Counted from the first letter of the stretch, positions 11,560 to 24,060 are shown. The stretch: 64,000 nucleotides of DNA from Tubiluchus corallicola (GCA_030141605.1 JAQGDQ010000093.1:434001-498000); one strand, 5' to 3'. Translations and numbers: made by a program. Notes: generated from the sequence alone by a model not told the origin.

Positions 11560-12175
11560 AATGTTGAAATGATGAAATTCAAAATGGAAAAAATGATGTC
11601 AATGCCACCATCTTAAATAAAAAAAAAATGGCAGATCGAACATCAGACAACTGTAGTCAATGCAGAATTCGTTCTGCACCTTCCTATCAAGTTTCATAAT
11701 GATCCATGGAGACATTTCGAAAAATGGTGTTAGTGCCGCCATCTTGAATTAAAAATGGCACTTCACAAATTGGACTTCGTCAGTTCGTGCAGAATTCCTT
11801 CTAGTATCCCTTTAAAATTTCATGATGATCAGTCAATGGGTGCAAAATTTATCCTTGTATATTCTTACAAAGTTTTATGACGATCCATTATTGGAACCTT
11901 AAGTTTTTTTGGAAAAGGATGTTATCGACGCCATCTTGAATTCAAGATGCAGATCAAACCCGACTCTTTCCATTAATGTGGAACTTGTTCTAGTATATTC
12001 CTATAAAGTTTCATGAGGATCCGTTGCGAATTGGCAGAAGGTTATAGGATGTTTTCGAAAATGACCTTATCGCTGTCATTTTGAATTGAAATGGCGGATC
12101 GAAGATCCGATTCCGTCAGTCGAAGTATTCGTTCTCGTATATCCGTGAGAATCTTCACAACGACCTAGTGTATAT
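11560..12175. repeat. Degenerate tandem array, about 4-5 units of roughly 110-140 bp
   Basis: Recurring blocks cgccatcttgaatt, aaaatggc, tgcagaattcgttct, aagtttcatga.gatcc. Confidence 0.75.
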
Positions 12176-12325
12176 TGACGGAGCCTTAAATTAGGCTTGT
12201 CGCCCAACAATAACAACATCCAGAATAGTAGCAATTTTGGTAAAACCACGACCAAAAAAGCCCAAGGCTCAGCTGTAGTTCTAATCGCACTGTTGGGGTG
12301 GTAGTATTTCTAAACTCTGCTCTCC

Positions 12326-12342
12326 TTGCTAGATGGCAGCAC
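12326..12342 (+). promoter_or_regulatory. CTCF-like motif near the 5'-most PFKFB exon
   Basis: ttgctagatggcagcac resembles the CTCF core. Motif match only. Confidence 0.3.
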
Positions 12343-12499
12343 GTTCTGTCGAGTATCAACAAATCCTGAAATCGAAAGTTTACAAAACGGTGAATAATTG
12401 GTGTTAGAAGTTGAAAGTGCGCATTTTTAAATCTGTCTGTTTGTACTGTGAAGATTTATCAAATAGTTTTCAAAACTGTTCAGTACAGTGATTAGTTGT

Positions 12500-12665
12500 A
12501 GCGTCACTGCGAATGATCATCACCGCAGGCGTGTTTTGTCCTGTCACATCCACTGACTTGGTCATTAGCAACAGCAGCCTGTGTCTAAAATAAAGGCTTA
12601 CCCAAGGTTACAGCAATGTGGAAAGCATTAAGAACTTCTGGCAAAATGGCAGTTTTCTGTAGACG
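12500..12665 (+). other. PFKFB: Putative 5' leader exon of PFKFB (start unknown) containing a uORF start at 12616
   Basis: cg|gtaaga donor at 12666, followed 185 nt later by the ttgcag acceptor at 12850. Confidence 0.45.
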
Positions 12666-12876
12666 GTAAGAGAATTGCGCAGAGAAGAATTTTTCGTTCT
12701 GTGTTCTCGTTGCAGCAATAAACGGGTTTTAACTCTTTGTGTTAGGCGTTGGAATTGCGTTATGTTTTTTTATGAATACATGTACATTAACTGTAAATTT
12801 ACTTCTGTCTGACTAGTGTCTAGTACAAGTACTACGTTTTGTAATTGCAGCAATAGTGATTAAGGTAATCAGTGCA

Positions 12877-12997
12877 ATGGAGGGGAGCGCAGCAAGAAAT
12901 TGTACATTTAACGGAATGATGGATACACAGGATAACGCTTGTGCAGCTATTAGAGGGCACGCTGGTCTATTCAGACGTATCAGTGTTGTAACTAGAG
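12877..12997 (+). CDS. PFKFB: PFKFB alternative first coding exon A (MEGSAARN...GLFRRISVVTR)
   Basis: gcaATGG start, gag|gtaagt donor, 121 nt, phase 1 matches acceptor 28455. RRIS PKA consensus just before the kinase domain. Gives a 482-aa protein. Confidence 0.7.
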
Positions 12998-13404
12998 GTA
13001 AGTTTGTCTTTCATTAGAATTAGATTATTTAAAGTTTGCGTGACTTTTTCGACATTCTCATTTCAATCAAACTTTAATTTGATTACGTTTAACTGCATTA
13101 CAATTGTAATGAGCATGTATATCAAAATTTTTTTATTTCATTCGTGATTTACACATAACAAGGTAAAAAATGTACAAGTTTTTTCTTCAGAATAACAAAG
13201 TAGACAAAATCCATTAGTTCTAATTAAGTAATAAATAAAGTGTGACATTTGAAAAACTGTTGTATTAATAAATTATTATTTGTGAGAAATTAAATCTACT
13301 AATGTTGTGGCATGAAATTATAAAATTTAGAGTTAGACTAAATATCTATTTATCTTTTTGACTTATTACACATATCCAAGACATCTGGCACAGAGGCACT
13401 TTAG

Positions 13405-13940
13405 AGAAAAGGACAAGTCTTTTAGGATGTTGGCTTTAATTTGCTGTTATCACTTAAACTTAGAAAAATAAAACAAACTCTATAAAACATAAAGTCAATG
13501 TATACTATTGTTGCACAGAAATTATCAGGCGTGGTGGTAGCCGCCATTCATTTATAAATTATGACGTAAATTGATGGACTTCGTGACTTTTAGTAACTGC
13601 ATCGTAGCTTTCCGTAAGCGCCTGCTGGTTAAACTAACTCAAACTCATGCAGCTTACCAAAATTTCCTGCAAAAATTTTAGAAAATTACTTATGTAATTT
13701 TTTTGTAAAAATTTTTTGAAGGAAATTGTCAAAGCGCTGAATTTCTTCATTCGATGAATGACGTCATTGGTGGAACAATGGCTCTTCAAAATGGAAGCAC
13801 ACAAGCATGAAATGATCTCAACCCTAAAACGATTTTACTAACTACACAGAGCATTTATTACAATTTTATTACTAAGTCCTTCTAACATTTTTCATGAACA
13901 TTGAAATAAGCCTTATTTCCCAGAAGACTTAGGCTTTCCT
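13405..13940 (-). mobile_element. TTAA-flanked Kolobok-like family G
   Basis: Reverse-complement similarity to 58128-58579. Ends ggctttcct|ttaa. Confidence 0.7.
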
Positions 13941-14016
13941 TTAAACTCAGCAACCAGGGCCGAATTAAGACCTCAAGAATCCCTAACCACTGAAGAGCTT
14001 ATGGTATTCCCATATA

Positions 14017-14411
14017 CAGTGTTCCCTCACTACTTTGCGGTTCATTTATCGCGGACTCGCTGTTTCGCGGGTTTTGAAAAATATTAATGATAATATTTAT
14101 TGCAGTATTTTCGCTATTTCGCGGGTTTTTGCGGTACTCCATACTAAGTTTTTAAAATTGCATATCTAGGTTTAAGAGTTTAAAACATTTTTATGAACAT
14201 TTAAGTAAAATTTTTTAAAAGGTACATTTACAGTATGGGAACGGTTATTAAGGGAATAGGAAAGGGTTATGTATAAGAGTGTGGGGAGAGTTTATAAAGA
14301 CTTAAAATAATGTATAACTACTAAAATAAGTATAGCGTCCCTGCTTCGCGGAAATCCACTTATCGCAGGTCGGCCTGGAACGGAACACCCGCGATAAGTG
14401 AGGTAACACTG
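14017..14411. mobile_element. Tc1/mariner-pogo-like MITE
   Basis: ta|cagtgttccctcact ... agtgaggtaacactg TIRs. Confidence 0.75.
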
Positions 14412-14669
14412 TTTGTGTAATTCAGAATAGAAAGAATACTAAACTGTAAAATGAAATTTCATCTTTCAAAATCAAAAAAGCAGTAAGAATTGTTTTATAG
14501 TAAATGCTATGGCATCAGCTTTATGAAAAAGTAATGCAGATACGAGTCTAAATCTTACCAAGCGACAGCTACTCAGTATTTCTGCCACCAAACATATTCC
14601 GATATGTTTTACTTTTGGGATTTGATTTGATTTTAAAAACTGTGTGGGCCCTTTTCTTTGAGGCTGTAC

Positions 14670-15179
14670 AGCACAAGAAGACCCTCAACTTACATAAAGC
14701 TTATATCACTTACGTACTGCCTTTTTGCATGTTAGACGTGCGTCGGTAGTAGCGCTGTATAAAACATGAAATTTTAAACTTCCGCGATGACCGTTTTGAC
14801 GATAAGACATTTGAAACAAGTTTAATTAATACTGGAGATACTTTGAAAATGTATTAGAGCATTTGTAACGTACTCTTCACTAACTAAGTAAAATTTTAAA
14901 TTACTGTATCTTGTCAATAAGATTACAAAAATTTGTTATCGATTAGTGAGTGGTACACCCTGGACAGCGAGTCAGCGACATTTTACCAATTGACGAAAGC
15001 ATTTTAAATAATTAATAATTTTCTTTTCTAGTTACTTAAGTCTTTGAAGCAGGTAAATGAAATGCTAAGTAATATAACTTTGCATGGAAAGTTTTTTGGG
15101 ACATTGGGCTATAAAGTAATCTAATTTTTTTAAGGCAAGTTTTCTGAAACCTACTTCAAGGTATCCATTTTCTTGTCCT
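14670..15179 (-). mobile_element. Kolobok-like family B copy
   Basis: Reverse complement of 16330-16988 and 18108-18751. Terminus ttttcttgtcct|ttaa. Confidence 0.85.
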
Positions 15180-15904
15180 TTAAGCACTTGCTTATTTTGT
15201 TTAATGGTTAAGCCAGGACTGAACGGAAAGTTTACTGTTCTAACACTTTCAGTTAAAGCTTGTGTAACTTACAATAAAGTACATGTTCACAGCTGAACAC
15301 AATATTATACATTGTGTACATTGATACAAGTGCATCAGTTACAGTATTTGCTATGCATAATATGTGCGTACACAGTAATTGCATTATGGTTTTCTAACAG
15401 GTTTGCTCCCATGTGTTGCCTGCTAATGGTCGACAACAATATTTTAATATAAATTTAGAAATTTGAAGGACAAATAAGGACACTCGGCATGATGGATTTA
15501 TTTAAAAGCATTGGAAATTCTATGAATCTGCAGCACTGAAACTTACTTAGCTTTCTGAAAGCCCGCAAAATATCATCGTCTTATTTTTGTCTTGGTTTAG
15601 CATGAGTTTTAAATAGGCATCACAAATGCCTTAGGACTGCGAACAGTGTTTTTTGCCGATTTAAGTTTCATTTTTCAAAATATCAGCTCGGGCTGGTAAT
15701 GCACAAGTGCTTTGGGCATGTGACTTGTGGCTCAGCTTAACTGATGAGCAAAGTTATTTGTGGTACTGTAATTTTGAAAGAGTTTCATTTCAAATTTAAA
15801 GACATGTCAAAAGTAACTCTTTGAGCGTAGTAAAACTATCAATATACAGCTTATATTAGCTGTAGTAAAACTATCAAAGAATCTATTCAATCTATTAGAT
15901 TACT

Positions 15905-16309
15905 CAGGGTTCCCAGGATCAGGGAAAATTTTTGAAAATACACGCTGTCCTGAAAAGTAATGGAAAAGTCGAGGGAAAAGATAATTTGGTAAAACGCCAG
16001 GGAAAATGATGAAAATGGGGCGAAAAGTCGGGGAAATTGGAAAGCGTTGCATAAATAAACACCGTGAACCAATATTTTCAGCGATTCGTGATAATGATGG
16101 GATTAAGAAATTTCATTTAATGTGATTTGTGTAATTTCGTTAGCACTACTGCGACTGTGCCGACACATTATATACAAGTATTATGTATGAATGTCCATAC
16201 ACAAAAATGTTTGTATGTGTATACTGAGAATGCAATTTCTGCTTATCTTGGTCATGGAAAATCAATATTTGGTCAGGGAAATTTATTTTAAACTTCTGTG
16301 GGAACCCTG
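15905..16309. mobile_element. CAGGGTTCCC-terminated MITE with 6-bp TSD (family D)
   Basis: TIR cagggttccca/tgggaaccctg, TSD attact/gttact. Inverted relative to 46748-47236 and 55578-55970. Confidence 0.85.
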
Positions 16310-16329
16310 GTTACTCTTGTGTTGTTTAA

Positions 16330-16988
16330 ACGACAAGAAAAGGGGTACCTGAAGTAGGTGTCAGAAAAATCGCCTTAAAAATTATATTACTTTACAGCAA
16401 TTTTATGTGTATATTGTACTCGTGCTAAAAGGATTTTTTGTTTGTTTTCATTTTAAATCTCCCGCAATACTGTTCAGACCGCGACATTACATGACGTCAC
16501 CTACGCTAACGTAAATCAGGGAAAGAAAAATAAATGTTGAATTACGTCCCAAAAATTTTTCCATGCAAATCTATATTACTTAGCATTTCGTTTACCTGCT
16601 AGAAAGACTTGTGTAACTAGAAATAATTTAAAGTGTTTGCGCCAATTGGTAAAATGTCGCAGACTCTCCCTAAAGGGTGCACCACTCACTGATCAGAAAC
16701 ATATTTTTAATCTTATTGACACGATGCAGTAATTTAAAATGTAACTCAGTTAGTGACGTATGCTCTGATTATTTTTTCAAACTTTACTCTGTGTTATTTA
16801 AACTTGTTTCAAATGACCTACCATCAAAATGGCTGCGCCTAACGGTCATCGCGCATGTTTAAATTTACATGTTTTATACAATGTTACGGCTGATGTAAGC
16901 CCAGTATGCAAAAAGGAAGTATGTAAGTGGTATAATATTTTAAGACAAAATTTTCAAGCTTTATGTAAGTAGTGGGTTGTCTTGCGCT
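16330..16988 (+). mobile_element. Kolobok-like family B copy
   Basis: TTAA on both sides, short imperfect TIRs (acaagaaaa / tcttg), high similarity to other copies in the window. Confidence 0.85.
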
Positions 16989-17397
16989 TTAATGATAAAA
17001 GTGAAACCTATTTTTATTGCACTGCAGCCTGTTCCAGTGCCACATAACAGGTTTTACAGTCGTTCAATTGAATAATACAAGATTCAGTCTAAGCATGTTC
17101 CTGCCAGTATTAGGCCCTACTGATTCTTAATTGCTGAGTGTATTATTGATTGACTGAGCTTAAGCCAGTTCTATCTCAGTTTGTTTGTTACTTTATTAGT
17201 TGGTTGACCTAAATGCAAGCTGGAGTGCATCCATTGAAAGCACTTAATGAACACCATTCTATGTTATTAGATTCAGTATATGGGGAACAGATACACATAT
17301 TTTGTTTCTTCACAAGAATGTGTAGTGAACATTGTGTGTATTTATGTTGTAAATCTTTATTTGCCAATTTAAAAACTTATATAAAAATCAGTAGTAA

Positions 17398-18007
17398 GGC
17401 AAAACCAGACCCAGTCTTAAACTGTAGGTCAAAACAATCTACTTTTTAAAATATTGAAAAGAAAATACTATTTTCTCAAAAATGACTTACGTGAAAGAAT
17501 TATTGCCATACAAACACGATTTCAGGTTCGCGCCACTAGTTCTTCACTGTTACATGCATTTCGCCATTTGCTAGTTAGACTGCCATATACTAGCGCAAGC
17601 ATTTCGGGAAACGCATTGCACAAAAACAGGCGCTGTACCTCTCAGTTCAGATGTATTAGTTTCTGACGAACTACACACGTTCAACAGCTCATGCTTGAGC
17701 ACAGTGGTAAATTTGAATTTTTTTCTTAAAACTTGCCTAGTTTTAGTACAACACATTGAATATTTTACAGTAGCACTGTACTCCATTTTTTGCTTTCACA
17801 AACACGTGCAACATGCTCGTAGAATATTTTGCTGTTGAAAATTATGTTAGTTTGTGATGTCATCAATAGTTGGGCTCGCCTGCCATTAATTAAGTCTTTA
17901 ATCAATTATTTAATGATCAGAAACACTTTTACAATGTTAATCGTGTTAAAATAATTTTTATCGGACTTGAAAATGGGGTAGTATATGAAAAATCGTCCTG
18001 TCTTCCT
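17398..18007 (-). mobile_element. TTAA-flanked Kolobok-like family F
   Basis: Ends cgtcctgtcttcct|ttaa. Related to 60480-60722, 58863-59070 and ~34600-34970. Confidence 0.75.
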
Positions 18008-18107
18008 TTAAATACAAATTATTGCCTGCCCAAAGTGGCAAAAACTGCACACCTCGAATTGCATCTATATTGTATCAGAAAAGTTAAGTGTAAGAACTTT
18101 TATTTAA

Positions 18108-18751
18108 AGGACAAGAAAAGGGGGACTTGAAGTACATTTCAGAAAAAATCACCTTCAAAACAATTTTATGCATATATTGTACTAGCATTGAAAGTATTTT
18201 TTGTTTGTTATGATTTCGAATATTATTTCGACCGCACCATTACATGACGTCATGTACTCACAACCTAAATCAAGGGAAGAAAAGACAATGTTACATTATG
18301 TCCCAAAAAACTTTCCATGCAAAATTATATTACTTAGCATTTTGCTTACCGGCTGGAAAGACTTATTTCACTAGAAAAGAAAATTATTAATTATTTAAAA
18401 TGTTTTCACCAATTTGTAAAATGTCGCTGACTCTCACCCTCCAGGGTGCACCACTCACTAACCAAAAAAGTATTTTTAATCTTATTGACAAGATACAGAA
18501 TTTATTATTTTACTTAGTTAGTGACGTGTGCACTACTCTGATTATTGTTTTCAAACTTTACTTGGTGTTATCTAAACTTGTTTCAAATCGTCAAAATGGC
18601 TGCGCCTAACGCTCATCGCAGGAGTTTAAATTTACAGGTTTTATGCAGAGTTACTGCCGAGCCCTGCATGCAAAATGCAGTATGTAAGTGGTATAGTATT
18701 TCAAGAGGCATTTTTAAGCAGCTTTATGCTAGTTGAGGGTTTTCTTGTATA
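18108..18751 (+). mobile_element. Kolobok-like family B copy
   Basis: ttaa|aggacaagaaaa ... ttttcttgtata|ttaa. Confidence 0.85.
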
Positions 18752-19929
18752 TTAAGTGGCAAGTTTTTTTTTATCTGCTTTCTTAAGCTAGCCCATTTAC
18801 TATATTGACGTGAAGGGATAGCTACACTTCAGTATTATAAAAAGCTACTAAGACGGGTACTCCTGCTTCAAACTTAAAATAACTGCCTTCTATTATCTTT
18901 TTATACTTTTATATATTTGTGTAAATGTTGTTTTTTCAACTTTGAGGTTAAAAAGGGTGAAAAAGCCAAAAGGGAAAGTTTGAAATGTTCCTTCATTTGA
19001 ATCAGTGACTGAGTGAGACTTACAGGCCGTCAGGTCCTGACCACTAGACCACACAGCCCCTTTTCACTTTGAATTTGAAGATACTCAAATTGCCATTTAT
19101 TCGTAGCCACCAATCAATGGATTATTTCCAAGCGTTATGTCGATTATTTAAAGTATCATGATTACTGAAACCATAAATTGATCAAATTTTTAGAATCAAT
19201 TTGCAACATACAGAGCCTTCGAAAAACACATAATTAGGCAATAATTTATATTCTTAATTTTAATTAATAACTTGTCGGATTCATTCCTCGTACTACTGCC
19301 TAGTAGAGAACGGTCTTTTGCAGGGCCAGGTCTGATATGTAATAAATTGTGCTGTTGGAACCTGCTGCCATCTGTCGTGAAGTTTATCCCTGTTATTGTC
19401 AAAGCAAATCCAGTTATCAAGTTTGCAGTAGGTAGAATAATATTTCTTTGACAAGGGGTTTGGGTGAGTGGGTGTCGTAGCTCGTCATTCGTCAGCAGTT
19501 ACTGTTATTGATTATTTAACTAAAGAGCTATTTATAATGCTTTATATTTAGTAGTAACGCGCCTTTATACACGTAAAAACGCAGTTTTATAACCAGCTGT
19601 ATTATAGCTTTGGTCAGCTTAGCTTTTATGAATGAATCATAGTGCAAATTATTGCCGTTTAACTTTATTCTAATCAGATGTAATTAGACGGCATAGGTAT
19701 TTAGCTGGAAAAACGTGAATATCTTTGGTAAAGTTAAGCAAAATTGATCAAAATAGGAAAAATCAGCTAAAAGTTTTGGTTTATTATATGCGGGCTTACA
19801 CACGCCATTGTCTAATAATAAAAATGAGCCTATGTAATTAGAACTAATTATTGATGAATGGATTGGATGATTGACGATGGACTTTTGCATCAAATTTTCA
19901 AGACGATAGGTCAACAATTGAATGATTAA

Positions 19930-20739
19930 AGGGGAAGAAAGGGGAATTTTAAAGTACGTCTGTGTTGTGGAGATCCACTAGAATTAAATGGAATATTGTA
20001 GAATGTTCTATAGTATAGTAGAACAATCTTCTTACCTTTTAGAAGTTTCGAGAACTTTCTATTTCTAGATTGTACCTTTGCACTGATATATAAGGCGGAG
20101 CTGGCCGCTGGAGTTTATTCTCTTGTATCCTCGTATTCTCAGATACGCTTTCTCGCTTTCACGTTTCCAGATTATCACATTTACTGTGAACATATCGCGT
20201 TCCAACATTTCGTGTTGTAGAAACTAGTTTAATTCGACGACGTGTTTTCTGGTTTTCTCTACGAGCCTTCCGAGAGAAACAAAACACAACAGTCTGAAAA
20301 AACGTTCTATGATCTATGCATAGTTGTATTACTTGGCTGTTTCGAAGACTTATGTAACTGGAAATTTTTTTTCATAATTTAAAATATGCGCGCCAACTGG
20401 TAAAATAAATGCCTTGCTATACCAGTGGGCACCATTGATTCAACAAGAAACACATTATTGATCTTACTGAGAAGATAAAGTAATTCAGACTTTTACTTGG
20501 TTAGTAAAGAATGTGCTACGAATAATGTGATTATTTTTTCAACTTGATCTAAATTCGTTTCAAGCGATTTGTCGTCAAAATGGCTGCGATTAACGGTCGT
20601 CACTAGATTTTAACTTTAAAAGTTTTATACAGCGTTATTGTTAATGCAAGCTCTGTATGAAATAAGATAGCATGTTAGTGATATAAAATTTCAAGATATA
20701 AATTTTAAGCTTTATTTATGAAGGGCGTTTTCTTGTGCG
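19930..20739 (+). mobile_element. Kolobok-like family B copy interrupted by a solo LTR
   Basis: TTAA flanks at 19926 and 20740. Family sequence resumes after 20296. Confidence 0.8.
19963..20291 (+). mobile_element. Solo LTR (329 bp) with heat-shock elements and TATA box
   Basis: TGTTGTG...CACAACA perfect 7-bp inverted ends, perfect 5-bp TSD GTCTG (19958-19962, 20292-20296), TATATAA at 20087-20093, nGAAn arrays at 19990-20009 and 20041-20060. Confidence 0.85.
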
Positions 20740-21829
20740 TTAATGACTACAGAATTGGTGGCTTGTGTCGTGACGCTAAAGTTGTCGCTGGGGTGTTTTG
20801 GGGAGAGCCAACAACCGACATTGGCAGGCTTATCAGACTGTTTTTGTAGTTGCGATGTTCGTGTTAAACAGATGAAATCACTGGATGAAAACATGGTTTA
20901 ACTTTGCGATCTGTATTTTACTCAAAATCATAGTCTCATAGTCAGTCCACATATACACGAAAATGGTAAACATAATCAACAGTAGTAAACAAAAGTTAAA
21001 AGTAACTCCATCAGCCAGTATATCATGGCACCTGATTCAAAACGTTATTATAACTACACAATTGTTTAGGCCTATTGCTTGTCCTCTACTGTAATCTTGC
21101 TACCAAGTGTGAAAAACTACATTCACAGAGAAGCCCAGTAACCCAGTTCCATACAGACATATAGCAGTAACAAGTACATACATATATTGGAAACTTCTAA
21201 GTGTACAAACAGATGTCACCACTGATTTAGTGGTAATGAAAAACTAAAGTTTAAAACTAGAAATCAAAATTAATAATAAACTGTTAATTAAATGCTCGCA
21301 TCTGCGACAGCTTGGTCGTCTAGTAGGCAGAAGTCTTCGGTTTATGTAACTTGCATCACAACATCATCAATAATTTCGGTTTTTAAATTCCTGGTTTCAT
21401 AACAGTTATTCTCGGGTTAATAGCTAATTACACATAGGATATTTAATTAACCGAAAAAACGCGTCACAATAATTTATATAGTCTTTATAATCGTGATCAT
21501 GTAGTTACATAGTAGTAAAACCCATTGTAGTAATTTATCTGTCGTGTTGACGTTGTTGTAACGTAAAATTACTAATCAGAAAGTACATTTTGGAACGCTA
21601 ATCAGCAGTTATCAAAACTTTGCCATATCCAATTAAAGTGGTTTGTCGTAGAACGCTAGTTGTCTCTAAATAAGTCTGCAAATTTTGCGTTTGTTGCTTC
21701 TTTCATTTCAACCAACTGTCCCGAATTTCTAACCAATCATTCCAATTCTTTTTACCCCAACAGTGTTTTCAATATTAACAATATTTTGTGAACAGACTTG
21801 TAAATATCACCAAACTAGGGCACTCCGAT

Positions 21830-22030
21830 CTAAACGCACGTCACATGACGACAGCTGCAGGGCCAAGCGAAAAGTCAATACACATCCTGTGCTGCTCGCT
21901 CGCTGATTGGTGGAACTCGGGGGTGTGCGTGTGACGTCAGCAGGTTTAGTCAGCTGCGAGTGGGTACTGTACCTACAATGTTGACTGTTTTGTTCGGGCC
22001 GTACACAAAGGAGGTACGTGGAAACTTGAG
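21830..22030 (+). promoter_or_regulatory. Putative internal PFKFB promoter
   Basis: Locally GC/CpG-richer unique DNA with GTCACATGAC (21840-21849), reverse CCAAT (21903-21910), TGACGTCA (21932-21939) and TACGTG (~22015), directly upstream of exon B. Confidence 0.55.
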
Positions 22031-22126
22031 TGAACCTTCGCCCAAACTGAGTGCCATTCTCGGGCGGGTGTTGAGTCCACATCGGGTGGTGTTTGAATGA
22101 TTTCTTACGTTAGCAAGACAGTTAAG

Positions 22127-22187
22127 ATGCCGACCCATTCTGTTTGTAATGTGAACGGTGATGAAGCTGGACACAGTTCTGGTAAAG
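22127..22187 (+). CDS. PFKFB: PFKFB alternative first coding exon B (MPTHSVCNVNGDEAGHSSGK)
   Basis: aagATG start, consensus aag|gtgagt donor, 61 nt, phase 1 matches acceptor 28455. Gives a 462-aa protein. Confidence 0.65.
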
Positions 22188-22699
22188 GTGAGTTCTTTCA
22201 GTATCTATTGACTTCTCAGATGATGCGAAAAAGGCTGTAAAAGGAAGCTGATCTTTTGCATTCGGTCGAATATCCTTCGCTTATGAATTTCATGATCAAT
22301 TTTGAAGAAATTGCTGTTTCGTTGAGGATATAGGGTATGCAGAACATGGGCAAAACATAGTTCTCTGCTAGTTTACCAGTTCATTTCAGAGGATTATTGG
22401 TTTAAACAGTATTTTTTGTTAACAAACAAATTTGATATGCAGCATACATTGCCTGATCTACATAAATTGATTAAGGATATAAAATTTATGTAATGTAAAG
22501 TGTGTTTTGGTAATTGTGTCATGTCAAATGTATATATATAGTGTAAATGGAATGAATATAAAATAATATAAACGTTATAAATGCTTAACTAAAGTTTCTT
22601 CTGAGGTAATAAATTCAACTTGACACACACAGAAAAAAGATCACAAATATATCATAATAATGCCGTAGTCAAAAATTTGACAGTAAAAAGTGAAATTAC

Positions 22700-23040
22700 A
22701 TAGGTAAGTTATGGCATTTTACAAGTAATTACTACATAGAATATCATAGTGGTCTCTTAGTTCTTGTATTAAAATTTTTGTTTCCGTCAGTAAAGCTTCA
22801 TTAATTGATACTGGTAAGGTATCCGAACCACGTATAAGTAATTTCATCATTTCCACAACAGTTAAGCTATAAAAGTTTAAAAAAGGCTGAAGTAAAGAAA
22901 ATACATTAATTATCAATATAGTTGATTCTAAGATTGGCATCAGCAGAGCAATATAACAGATAATGAGTATGATTTTCAATACATAATTTACGATTACTGC
23001 AGCCAGGTAAATCGTTCATCGTTCAATACAGTTTGACATA
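22700..23040 (-). mobile_element. Possible decayed LINE 3' end (CR1-like)
   Basis: LLIRGSDTLPVSINEALLTETKILIQE resembles the LLxGxxxLxxxxNxxI C-terminus of CR1-type ORF2. Weak. Confidence 0.3.
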
Positions 23041-23749
23041 CAAATTACTCTTAAGTTTGCTTCATGTTGATTATCAATAAAAAGGGAAAAACATTGAATA
23101 TTTGTGAATTTTAGAGCATTATTATTGGTATTGAGAAGATTCTGGATCCGCCTCGACTATATGTGTTGCATATTGGCATTACACCAGGTCATATTAAAGC
23201 AACTAGGTGTTCTGAAGTTGACAACACAAAAAATATTTTTGTAGAAAAGAAATAATGGACTAGATGTGAATGTAAAGCTTCCGGAAATGCGAAATTATAG
23301 AAAAATATATTTTCATTTCCAGTTCGCTATAAATTTGCTCATTCTACTGCATAAATGTAACCGCCATCAATGCGCAGCGACTGTCTCTGTTTTGTATATA
23401 TATATATGCAATAAGTATTATAGAAGAAGAAGAACAAGAAGTGAATGAAATATGTATTATATCTGTCATGCCTATTGTCACAAAATTTGTTCGCAGGACC
23501 ACGACTCTTTCTTAGTTGACAAAGCTGTACTGCTTGCGTAACATTTTCCAACAGCAAAGATTATGGACGCCGGTTGTAATCATTCCGAAGTAAATCGATT
23601 TTTCAACCTCCATTTCTTCACAGTAAAGCAAGAACGATTACTCGTAGTGTCGTGTATATCTCAACCACAATTCAGGTAACATAAAAATTTCTTTGACACA
23701 GTGGTCGGGTGAGTAAGCAGTTTTTATAAGTGCCTAGTGCCTGCGTGAA

Positions 23750-24060
23750 TGGGAAGAGAAGAGAATTTTAAAGTACACCCCGAAAAGTTTCCATACAAAG
23801 TTATAATACTTGCATTGTTTGAAATGTTTATGTAATTGGAAAAAAATTGTAACGGCAGTGCAGCTGCAAAACACACTTGTCAATTTTATTGACAATTCAA
23901 ATTATTTGAATTTGCATAATTAGTGAAGTGTTTGCTACGAATGCTCTGATTACTTTTCAAACTTTACGGATTGTTACCTAAACTTGTTTCGTACGACGTA
24001 CAGTTAAAATGGCTGCGCCTAAATTCGCGTGAGTTTAAATTTACAAGTTTTGTACAGCAT
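23750..24060 (+). mobile_element. Partial Kolobok-like family B copy
   Basis: Shares aaaatggctgcgcctaa...gagtttaaatttaca and ttttcaaactttac blocks. Confidence 0.65.
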
